A stretch of DNA of 64,000 nt from Anolis carolinensis (taxonomy: Eukaryota), in the NCBI RefSeq assembly GCF_035594765.1, contig NC_085845.1:21818024-21882023 (forward strand), given 5' to 3'. Position 1 is the first letter of the stretch; every line of letters begins with the position of its first letter. Shown here in pieces: positions 37,541 through 47,438 of this stretch. Made by a program: the position numbers and the translations under genes. The notes under the pieces are model-generated. The model ran no database searches and had not been told where the DNA came from. It was given only the letters and a program-made list of their open reading frames with translations.

Positions 37541-39256
37541 ACTACATCAAGCAGTCAGTCCTCCACATTTACTAGAGTTATGGGGAAGGATCCCTTTGAA
37601 AGTGAAAAAACACAAATAAAAATTGCTATTTTTACTTGATAATACATCTTTCTAGAATTTTCTAGGTCGTCCAGCATGACACTATGGTCACGACACATAC
37701 AGCACAGAAAACTCACAGCAACCCACTATGGCCAATGTTTGCTGGAAGCTGGCCACAGGATCACATTGAATTCCTAAAAATCTCTAGATGAGGCATGGGC
37801 GAACTTGGACCCTCCAGGTGTTTTGGACGTCAACCAGTACAGTATAACCTTTGTGAAAAATTAGAAGCAGCACCACTCCTTTTGCACCACAATATTAGCC
37901 TATTATCAACTTTAAAATATTGAAGGATCTACCAGATTTCAGTATTGACATGTATACAATTGCAGGCGTGGTTGTGCATAGCAATCAGGAACTGGTGCCA
38001 AACTATTCCTCAACTGGGATGACTAGCACCTGCCCTTTAAAAATAAAATAGGACTCTGAGTACATCCACTCCCTGTTACCAAGGCAATGGAATCAAACAA
38101 GGTTTCTTGGCTTTGATTTGAAAAAGAGAATGGCTGATTCATGCACTTTTGCTCTTATTGCCTTTTAGATCCTTTAGGGAATTGCAACACTACAGATGTC
38201 CCTGCCTAGATTTTGAATTTTTGATACTCGCTTAGATGTGGTGGGTTTTATATTTTCCTTGCATTCATATTGATAACAGCCTTCTTTCCAATTCCGTTCC
38301 TCATAGAAAAGCTTGTAAATTTGAGCAGCCAGATGTCAGACAACATTCTGCAGCTTTAGGAGAGAGAAATATATTTAGGCACAGACTTCACTGTTCAGTT
38401 GAAATAATATAAATTACAGTGCAATCCTAGACACTTGGTTGGAAGGAAAGCCCAATTTTTCTTAGCCAAACATGTAAAGCTGAGGGGTGGGTAAAGTGGA
38501 GCCTGTGGCCAAATACCGTCCCTGGGCCCCACTTTTGCAAGCTCTGTAGTCCTCATATCCGCAACCCCCAGCTCCTTATTTAAAAAATAGGAACATTTTC
38601 AGCTGTTTTTACCAGAAAATCATGCAGGAAGCCCCCAAAAGACCTAATTCCTAGGGTAAAGAAGAATCTCAGAGTGAGTGCATCACCTTGAAAATAATTT
38701 ATCCATCAAACTATCAGATCTCAAGGCCTGGATCCTCATTCTAGTTCTCAGGAATGATGAAGGGGAAGAATCCCAGGGTGAGAGCACTGTCATGAAACAT
38801 ATGTGTGAGTTTCTCTCTCTTCCTCATTTGTTATGCTTGGCATATTCTGTGTGTTCAGAGTTAATCCACCATATTGCCTAGGGAATTCTAGGGCATGAAG
38901 TTCAGAAGACTTGAAAGATCAAAGACTGAAAACTACTGAACTACAAAACTTAGGTTTATGTTGGTCTCCTTTGCCCAATGGGACTGGTAAAGGGATAGTT
39001 ATGTGTTCTGCCTTACAGTGTCCAATCCTCATTTGAAGTTGAAGCATGTTTAGCCCACATCTGTATTAAAGATCGAGGCCTTATACAAATACTACCTTCT
39101 GAGTATTTGTACAAGGGAATCAGTCCCTATGGAAGGAAATGACTGTTGGCTCTCTTTTGCTTTTTTTCTTAAGTGCCTGGCATCTGCAAGATTGAGAGCA
39201 TTTATAGAGACAAAGTAATATGAGGCTTTGTGCCTTAGGATTGCGCAGTGACCAAG

Positions 39257-39606
39257 GGTGCATCTACACTATAGAATTAATTAAGTTTGACACCATTTTA
39301 ACTGTCAATGCTCAATACTGGGGAATCATATAAGGCAGTGGTTCTCAACCTGTGAGTCCCCAGATGTTTTGGCCTGCAAGTCCCAGAAATCCCATCCAGT
39401 TTACCAGCTGTTAGGATTTCTGGGAGTTGAAGGCCAAAACATCTGGGGACCCACAGGTTGAGAATCACTGATATCCAAGGTCTTTAGCCTTCTCTGCCAA
39501 AGAGTGCTGGTGCCTCAGCAAACTACAAATCCCAGGATTCCATAGCATTGAGCTATAGCACTTAAAGTGTCATCAAACTGCATTAATCCTACAATGTAGA
39601 TGCACC
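39257..39606. mobile_element. Fold-back DNA element (TIR GGTGCATCTACACT, Harbinger-like) hosting a hAT MITE
   Basis: TIR GGTGCATCTACA / TGTAGATGCACC. Uninterrupted relative at 40931-41149; others at ~44510-44930 and ~45351-45715. Confidence 0.75.
39336..39470. mobile_element. hAT MITE with SPIN-like termini, 135 bp
   Basis: CAGTGGTTCTCAACCTG ... CAGGTTGAGAATCACTG; same family as 26912-27046. Confidence 0.9.
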
Positions 39607-39698
39607 TCTGCATATCAGGATGATATCAGGTCATAGTCTTTCCCCATTGCTGTGAAGTGGGTTCTATTTCTCTTTTTAAAAAACATTCAAATGGTTCA

Positions 39699-39768
39699 CA
39701 TTCCAAATTAGCATGCCCATATTTGGTGTGACTCGCCCGTTCTCTTTTGTCCCTTCTTCCTTTTTTGG
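39699..39768. promoter_or_regulatory. Candidate upstream SRF/TEAD enhancer of PDLIM5
   Basis: CATTCC at 39699, CCATATTTGG at 39717 and CCTTTTTTGG at 39759, in non-repeat sequence. Confidence 0.5.
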
Positions 39769-40133
39769 AAAAATGTAAATGGCCACACTTCAAGGTAGCA
39801 ATGTCCTCTCAAGCGGAAAACAATCTTACTACAACAGTGAATTCCTTTCATACACCCAGGAGAGGATGAATACCAATGTCACTGGAGGTGGCAAGGAAAG
39901 GCAGACATGACCCAGCATGTTGGTAACAGAACTTCTCATTCCAAGGCTGGCAAAATCAACAGTCAGCACATTCAGGACCGGGCGTGTCCTTCAAAAGCAT
40001 TGTAACAAACAAGAAAGTAGAACAGCTGCACTTATGTTGAGCAATACACCTGGTTATTCAGAAACACGCCTATTGTGTTTCTCTTTTCATTTTTTTTTTC
40101 CAAAATACCTTCATCCAACAAGCTCAAGACAGT

Positions 40134-40540
40134 AAGACAGTTTCCCGGTTACGAACAAGATAGGTTCTGTAAGTTTGTTCTTAAGTGGAATTTGTATGTA
40201 AGTTGGACATAAGGTACATTTTGAAGTGTCACTCCAGTCAAATATATATTTTTGGATAGCATAGGGAAGGGTGAATACCCCCGGTAGTGTTTGTTTTGCT
40301 GCCTGTGCCCCGTTCAGAAGATTTCACTCTACTTTCTGTCCCTGTGATAATTGGATTTTGAAAAAATCTGGCTTGTTGCGGAAACAAGGATTTAGTGGAG
40401 ACCTCTTTTCCCCATGATAACTCTTTCAGGAGTGAATTTCCCTTCCGAGGGGTAGTTTTCTCTCACTTCCTGCTATCTCACCCCCATTCTTAACAATGAG
40501 TAATTTGTAAGTTGGATGGTTGTAACTCAGGGACTGCTTG
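40134..40540. mobile_element. Tigger-like MITE
   Basis: Degenerate CAGGCAGTCCCYGAGTTAC TIRs; inverted homolog of 50489-50804. Confidence 0.75.
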
Positions 40541-40930
40541 GATTGTTCTTGCTGTGTGCCTTCACATATTTTATGACCTATGGAGACCCTACGATTTTCT
40601 TGGCAAGATTTCCTTCCAAGAGGTTTGCCATTGCCTTCCTCTGAGGCTGAGAGAATATAATCTGTCCAATATCACCCAGAGGGTTTTAGGGCCGAGATTT
40701 GAACCCTGGTCTCCCGAGTCATAGTCCAACTCTCAAACCACTACACTTCACGGGGTCCCTTCAGAACAGGACATATGGTTCAATTGAACCGTTACTGAAG
40801 GAAGACGCCTGACAAAGAAGCCAGTAGAGCTTCCAAAGCTTGGATGAAGTGTTTTGTGCATTATGGTTGGCCAATAAAAAAAATCACTCCTGTGTGGAGT
40901 TTGTTCTATTTTTCTATATGGCCAGCCAGA

Positions 40931-41149
40931 GGTGCATCTCCACTATAGAATTAATGCAGTTTGACTCAAATTTTACTACTACAGCTCAATGCAGTGGAAT
41001 CAAGGGAGTTGTAGTTTTACAATGTCTTTAGTCTTCTCTGCCAAAGAGTGTGATGCCTCGCCAATCCCCTTCTCCTAGGACTCCACACCATTGAGCAATG
41101 ACAGTTAAAGTGGTCTCAAATGGCATTAATTCTATAGTGTAGACGCACC
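40931..41149. mobile_element. Fold-back DNA element (Harbinger-like)
   Basis: GGTGCATCTCCACTATAGAATTAATGC / GCATTAATTCTATAGTGTAGACGCACC. Confidence 0.8.
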
Positions 41150-41843
41150 TAATGATGCGTACTAGGGCAAACAGTAGGGCAGAATGGCAAATCCCTATAT
41201 GATTTGCAATACATTGGTAAGGAGTTTATAACTATTGAACAACAGAATCGACAAAATTATTTTTCTTGTCTAAATTAAGTTGCTGACATAATGCCTTAAA
41301 TCCAGTTGCTAGTCTATGAATGCCATCCCATTGAATAGCTTGTTTTTAATTTACGGCGCCCCCAAGGCAACCCTTCTGCTGAAGTTTCTTGGCAAGATTT
41401 GTTCAGAGGAAGTTCCCCTATATTTTCCTAGGAGGTTAGAGAGAATGTGACTTGTTCAAGTTCAACAAAAGTGCACCGACGCTGTATAATTAATACAGCA
41501 TATATATCAATTAAACACATTAAAGATAGAGTGAAAGTTCTGCAAAGAATAAACTTCTCCTGTAGTTTGCAAAGACCAAGCCGGAAAGGCACAGAAGGAC
41601 CCAATCCAAGAGCCAGAACTACTCCATAATCAGTTCTAAGCAAAATGAAGCTGTCTGCTCATTTCCTCTTTCTCAGTTCCTCAAAGAAAAGAAAAGGGAA
41701 TGGGGAGGAAGGTACTCAGGTCAGCTCTAGGATGAGACTGGCTTTCTTCGCCTCCGAGGAGAAAGGGAAATATCAGAAAAGGAATTAATTCCCAATAGAA
41801 TTCAAAAGAAGGTGCAACATGGGAACAGAACTGCTGCGGGGTT

Positions 41844-42097
41844 GGGTTGCTGTGTTTTCCAGCCTGTATGGCCATGTTCCCGAAACATTCTCTCCTGACA
41901 TTTCACCCACATCTATGGCAGGCGTCCTCAGAGGTTGTGAGGCTTGTTGGAAACTGGGCAAGTGGGGTTTATGTATCTGTAGAACGCACAGGGTGGGAAA
42001 AAGAACTCTTGTCTGTTGGAGGCAAGTGTGAATGTTGCAGTTGGACACCTTATTTAGCATGGAATAGCCTTGCAGCTTCAAAACTTGGCTGCTCCTT
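41844..42097 (-). mobile_element. Penelope-like element terminal fragment
   Basis: Reverse-complement homolog of 43600-43887, including the hammerhead motif at 41894-41934. Confidence 0.85.
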
Positions 42098-42316
42098 GCA
42101 CACATTCACACTACTGACTTCAACCCATGGTAGTGATTCAGGATGCTGATTTTGTTTACTTATTTCCTGCCTTTCCCCCGAAGACTCAAAGTTTCTTAAA
42201 ATATATTGATAATTAATACATAATGAACAAACAGGTAAAAATAAACACCTGTACATTTTAAAACCATACAGAAGTTAAGATAAAATTTAGCATATCCATA
42301 AAAAGAGCATCAAATA

Positions 42317-42639
42317 CAGTAGAGTCTCGCTTATCCAAAACTCGCTTATCCAAGGTTCTGTATTATCCAAGGCATTTTTGTAGTCAATGTTTTCAATATA
42401 TCAAGATATTTTGGTGCTAAATTCGTAAATACAGTAATTACAACATAACATTACTGCGTATTGAACTACTTTTTCTGTCAAATTTGTTGTATAACATGAT
42501 GTTTTGGTGCTTAATTTGTAAAATCATAACCTAATTTGATGTTTAATAGGTTTTTCCTTAATCCCTCCTTGTTATCCAAGATATTCGCTTATCCAACATT
42601 CTATCGACTCCTTTAGCTTGGATAAGTGAGACTCTACTG
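42317..42639. mobile_element. Tc1/mariner MITE, 323 bp
   Basis: TIR CAGTAGAGTCTCRCTTATCCAA with TA TSD. The empty site is visible in the duplicated sequence at 43091-43100. Confidence 0.95.
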
Positions 42640-42740
42640 TATAAACAAATATCAGTCAGTCTGGTTGCCATAATCTTGTTTTTTTTAATGTTTTAACTGC
42701 AACCCAGCTTTTGCACTTTCTTTTTTCAGGATGGTTATAA

Positions 42741-43072
42741 GGAGCCCCCAATGGCACAGGGTGTTAAAGCGCTGAGCTGCTGAACTTGCAGACCGAAAGG
42801 TCACAGGTTCGAATCCGGGGAGCGGAGTGAGCGCCCACTGTTAGCTCCAGCTTCTGCCAACCTAGCAGTTCGAAAACATGCCAGTGTAAGTAGATCAATA
42901 GGTACCGCTCCGGCAGGAAGGCAACGGCGCTCCATGCAGTCATGCCGGCCACATGACCTTGGAGGTGTCTACGGACAACGCCAGCTCTTCGGCTTAGAAA
43001 TGGAGATGAGCACCAACCCCCAGAGTCAGACATGACTGGACTTAACGTCAGAGGAAAGCCTTTACCTTTATC
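42741..43072 (+). mobile_element. Sauria SINE, full length
   Basis: tRNA-like head with B box GGTTCGAATCC, core ccagcttctgccaacctagcagttcgaaaacatg, Bov-B-type (ACCTTT)n tail. Confidence 0.92.
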
Positions 43073-43094
43073 TATCCATAAAAACAGCATCAAA

Positions 43095-43265
43095 TATAAA
43101 CAAATATCAATCAGTCTGGTTGCCATAATCTTGGTTTTGTTTTTTTTAAAGAAACGTTTTAACTGCAACCCAGCTTTTGCACTTTCTTCTTTCAAGATGG
43201 TTATAAGGCTCCTCAGCGCCTCCTCGCTTTCAGCCACCAAAGTGGTATCATCTGCATATTTATGG
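43095..43265 (-). mobile_element. RTE/Bov-B-type LINE reverse-transcriptase fragment
   Basis: Minus-strand translation KYADDTTLVAESEEALRSLITILKEESAKAGLQL...KTKIMAT (RT YADD motif in RTE context). Confidence 0.88.
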
Positions 43266-43364
43266 TAAGGTTGATGATGACCGACAGGGAGCTCACGAGG
43301 TCAGGAAGAGTCGGAAGCAACTGAATGAATAAACAACAACAAGGTTTTGTCGAAGGCTTTCATG

Positions 43365-43522
43365 ACTCAGGGCGGATCACATTGCACACATAAAGGCAAA
43401 TATTCAATGCCATAACATAGAACAGAGACAGAGACAAGATGCAGGCACGGGCTGGCCTCGAACTCTTGGTCAGAGTGATTTGTTGCAGCTGGCTTGCTTT
43501 CCAGTCTGCACCACAGCCCGGC
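43365..43522 (-). mobile_element. tRNA-head SINE lacking its 3' tail
   Basis: Minus strand starts GCCGGGCTGTGGTGCAG, B-box-like GAGTTCGAGGCC, ends ggcattgaatatttgcc...tgtgatccgccctgagtc (shared with 58423-58588). Confidence 0.7.
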
Positions 43523-43705
43523 CTGCAACACTTTGAAAAGAGAGGAGTTCCAGACCTGGGAACCAGGGGCAGCTAATGACTCTGAACAAAGGATGCCACT
43601 AGGAAGGAAGAAGCCAGGAGATGGAGCTATTCAATGCTAAATAAGGTGATTACAACATTCACACTGGCCTCCAACCGACAAAGAGTTCTTCTCTCACCCT
43701 GGACT

Positions 43706-43764
<59 letters not shown>

Positions 43765-43887
43765 TTCCTTGCTTAGTTTCTCCATACCTCACAACCTCTG
43801 AGGATGCCTGCCATAGATGTGGGCGAAACGTCAGGAGAGAATATTTCTAGAACATGGCCATACAGCCCGGAAAACATACAACAACCC
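43523..43887 (+). mobile_element. Penelope-like element terminal fragment with internal (TA)26
   Basis: cctcacaacctctgaggatgcctgccatagatgtgggcgaaacgtcaggagag...aaaacatacaacaaccc; (TA)n at 43709-43760. Confidence 0.88.
43795..43835 (+). ncRNA. Minimal type-I hammerhead ribozyme motif (Penelope-derived)
   Basis: CCU - CUGAGGA - U - GCCUGC/GUGGGC stem II - GAAA-CG-UC - AGG. Catalytic core complete; predicted cleavage after GUC at 43832. Confidence 0.75.
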
Positions 43888-44009
43888 AACAACAAGGTTG
43901 TTCCCTTCCTTGGAGAGGGAAAAAGTTTGAGAAGCACTGCTCTAGCAAAGCACTGAGAGTTAAAGCGGTATCAAAGTGCTCTCCTTTTCTGCAGTGTGGA
44001 TAGTGTTGC

Positions 44010-44465
44010 AAGGCCGCGAGAGATTGGAGCCTTGGCTTCTTCCTGAGGAGCATCTGGCAGGTTGCCTCCTGCCTTCCTTTTCCTCTCTCTCTCTCTCTCT
44101 CTCTCGCTCCTCCTCTCTCTCTCTCTTTTCTCAGCGAGACCTTCCCCCTCAACTCCCTCCTTGGCTGCCCAGGGGAGGAGCCCAGCCAAAGGGGCGGAAG
44201 CGCCGACAAGAGCCCGAGGCGAGCCTCTCTGCGCTTGGAGTTTGCGCTCTGCGCCGCAAAAGGAGTCGCGTCCTGTGCGTGGAGCGAAAGGCACGGAGAG
44301 GGTGAGTAGGCGAAGCGAGAGGCAGGGAAGGGGCTTTGCCGGGAAAGAAAAGTCCTTCTGGACACAAGGCTAGAGGGGAGGCGACGAAGGGCTCCGGGAA
44401 CTTTCCTCCGGCGCTTTGCTCCTGTCCTGAGCCGGCAGGTTAAGAGGCAGTGCGCCTTCCCGGAG
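44010..44465 (+). promoter_or_regulatory. PDLIM5: CpG-island promoter of PDLIM5
   Basis: The only non-repeat CpG-dense, GC-rich stretch in the window. GC box GGGGCGG at 44191, reverse CCAAT (ATTGG) at 44023, (CT)n tract. Lies 5 kb upstream of the PDLIM5 ATG exon. Confidence 0.8.
44200..44301 (+). other. PDLIM5: PDLIM5 non-coding first exon (start approximate)
   Basis: Consensus donor AGG|GTGAGT at 44302 inside the CpG island. The ATG exon begins with an acceptor at 49541-49542, so an upstream exon is required. Confidence 0.7.
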
Positions 44466-44721
44466 GGTCATCAAAGCCACAGCCTGGGATATTATCACTC
44501 TGCAAAGGGAGATGAACTGCACTATAGAACTAACCCACTTCCAGACCTCCTTAACTGCAGTGGTTCAAGGCTATGGGGCCGTGGAGGGTGTAGTTCTACA
44601 AGGTCTTTAGCCTCCTCTGCCCAACAGTGTTCCTGTTACTACACCAAACTTCAGATGCCAGGGATCCATAGCTTTGAGCCAGGGCAGTTCAAGTGATTGT
44701 CAAACTGCATTCACTCTACAG

Positions 44722-44914
44722 CAGGCATGGACAAAGTTGGGTCGACCAGGTGTTTTGGACTTCAACTCCCACCATTCCTCACCGCCTCAGGCCCTTTCCT
44801 TTTCCCCCTCAGCCGCTTAGCGGCTGAGGGGGAAAAGGAAAGGGCCTGAGGCGGTGAGGAATGGTGGGAGTTGAAGTCCAAAACACCTGGTCAAACCAAC
44901 TTTGCCCATGCCTA
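44722..44914. mobile_element. Palindromic hAT MITE, 193 bp
   Basis: TIR CAGGCATGGRCAAA, TSD CTCTACAG/TTCTACAG. The whole element is a fold-back centred on 44818. Confidence 0.93.
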
Positions 44915-45001
44915 TTCTACAGTGTAGAATATTGCACCCCATGAGAAATAAATTGATAGCAGAAGCTTTTGGAGAGGTAAGTTCACTGACAACCTCAGCT
45001 G

Positions 45002-45331
45002 CAGGTTCAGTATCCCTTGTCTTAAATGCTTGGGGCTGGGAGTGTTTTGGAGCCTGGAGTTTTATTTTTTAGACATTGGAATACTTTCATTGGAGTATGG
45101 GACCCAAATCTAAACACAAAATATGTCATATATGCCTAATTATTGTTATTATTAATACACGTAACCTGAAGGTCATTTTATACACAATATTTTTAAAACA
45201 AAATTATACAGGAATCAAAGTTTGTATGGAGTGAACCACCAGAAAGCAAAGGTGTCACTTTAGCAGATACCCATGTGGACAGTTTGGATTTTAGAGTATT
45301 TTTGAATTTTGAATTAGGGATGGTCAACCTG
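45002..45331. mobile_element. Old Tigger-like MITE
   Basis: CAGGTTCAGTATCCCT / AGGGATGGTCAACCTG-TA. Confidence 0.7.
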
Positions 45332-45368
45332 TATCATCTTTTTTCTCTCAGAGTGTATCTATCTACAT

Positions 45369-45502
45369 CAGGCATTGGCAAACTTTAGCCTTCCAGGTGT
45401 TTTGGACTTCAACTCCCACAATTTCCAACAGCCAATAGGCTATTAGGAATTGTGGGAATTGGAGTCCCAAACATCTGGAGGGCTGAAGTTTGCCCATGTT
45501 TG
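45369..45502. mobile_element. hAT MITE, 134 bp
   Basis: CAGGCATTGGCAAACTT / AAGTTTGCCCATGTTTG, TSD ATCTACAT/ATCTACAC. Confidence 0.9.
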
Positions 45503-47053
45503 ATCTACACTGTCAAATTAATGTAGTTTGACACTGCTGTGGCTCAATGTTACAGATTCATGGCACTGTACCATAGTTTTATAAAGTTTTACCAGATCTT
45601 TAGCCTTCTTTCCCAAAGTGTGCGGGTCCCTCACTAAACTCCCAGGAGCCCATAGCCCTGAGTTATAGCAACTATAATGGTGCCAGGCTGCATTTATTTT
45701 ACAGTGTGGATGCACATTTAGTCTCCAAGGGGTTATAAGATCCCTTTGCATGTAATAAAAGTGTTTGGCTTTTGTTGACTCTAAGGAGGGGTAGAAAGAA
45801 ACAACCCTACAGCACTGTGTTACCATTTCCCACCTTAAGTTAACCGTCCTTTGAGTGGGAATTCATTTCTTTTCTGATTTTATACATACACATGAACACT
45901 TCCCTTTCTCTTAAAAGCAAGGAAGCCATTTAAACAGGAAAGGCACAGTCTCATCCTAGAGCTGATCTGAGTCCCTTTCTTTTGTATTTCCTTTTTTATT
46001 ATTTCAGGAAGTGAGAAAGAGAAAATAAGTGCAGCTTTATTTTATTTAGAACTGGTTTTTGGGAAGCCCTGACTATTAGGTTGGCTCCTTTTGTGCCTTT
46101 CCGGCTTCTTCTCTGCAAACTCAATTTCTCGGCAGGACTATTAACTGTTTTGTAACCTTTCAGTTTGAAATGGTGAAAGCAGTGTGGAGATGTTTTAGTG
46201 TGATAAGGTACATTCAAAACAGGTGAAGAATTGTTTGGTGGCTCTGTTTACTTCTTTTTGTCTGGACTTTTATTAACTGGGCAGGTGCCAAATGGAAAAG
46301 TAGGAACTTCCACAGGAAAGATCTTTTCTTAGAATGTAGCCTATAAAGAGATTTCTTCCCCTGCCTTCTAGACAGGAGATTCTTATTCTTCAAATCATGA
46401 CACAAAGAACAAATATGTAAAAAAATTAAATGTGCAACTTCTAAAAATTAGTGGCTCCTAACTTGTCATTTTCTCAATGATTTAATGCATTTAAAGTCAA
46501 ATTTATGTTTTGTATTCACTAATAGTTGAGCTTCTTTGTGAATTTCCAATGTAACTGATATTGTTCTTAAGGAAAGATCAATGGAACAGGAAGAAAAGGA
46601 AGGTGATTCTGCCTAAAAGATCCACAGTCAAAATCTTGCAGTTTTGCTAGTTCTTGCTTATTACTTATTTTTCAAAGTTCCCTTTTTATTATTCCATTCA
46701 GTGTTTCAGTGTCCTTCCTTCATGGATTTTTGTGACTGGAGGAGAGAAATAAAAGTTATTCTGGACTATGCCCATGGTGTACTGTACTAACATAATGATA
46801 AGAAAAGTGTGGCCCTGAGGTCATGTGCAATGCTCAAGAAGGTTCTTGCCACTTTTATATCTCCCAGACGTGTCTGGATCAGCTTTTTTTAATGACAAAA
46901 GGGCATATTCCTTTTTTCCAGAATCATCCAGGAGAGGCAATTCATAATTTGAAAAGTTTCAGGGAATGCCACACGATTCATAACTTGGGTCATTTTTGAG
47001 TTTTGTTTTTGTTTTGTGTTATATATTTTTGGCAGTCTGTTCATCCTCTAGAG

Positions 47054-47399
47054 CAGCAGTTTCCAAACTCTGTCCTGTGGAAATCCAGGGTTCCACAATA
47101 GCATGATAGTGGTTCAGCACAAAAATCTTTTAAATCTTTTTAAAACCTTTTTGAAAAGTTCATGCCAGAGTATGAAGATTTCATTGAAATCCAATGTACC
47201 TTTGCTTTAAAAACAAAATCTAAATCTCTTTATTTCCAAACCCACATTATATAAAACACCTAAGCGATAGGGGTAGATGAAAGAAGGAAGAAACTTGTGG
47301 GTTCACAGTGCTTAGGGACAGAGTTTGAGTTCCGTGGCCAGTGGGGGGGGGGGGTGTTTTCTGAAGCAATCTATGACCAAAACAGTTTGAGAATCACTG
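47054..47399. mobile_element. Old hAT (Charlie-like) non-autonomous element
   Basis: CAGCAGTTTCCAAACT / AGTTTGAGAATCACTG, degenerate TSD CTCTAGAG/TCCTAAAG. Confidence 0.6.
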
Positions 47400-47438
47400 T
47401 CCTAAAGGGGTCCAGGGATGGAAAAATGTCCTCTAACC

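Noticed and set aside
42764-43240. 158-aa minus-strand ORF
   Set aside because: Chance fusion of an RTE RT fragment with antisense Sauria SINE sequence.
43847-44373. Several overlapping 70-170-aa ORFs
   Set aside because: Stop-poor CpG island plus a (CT)n tract; low complexity and no recognisable protein.
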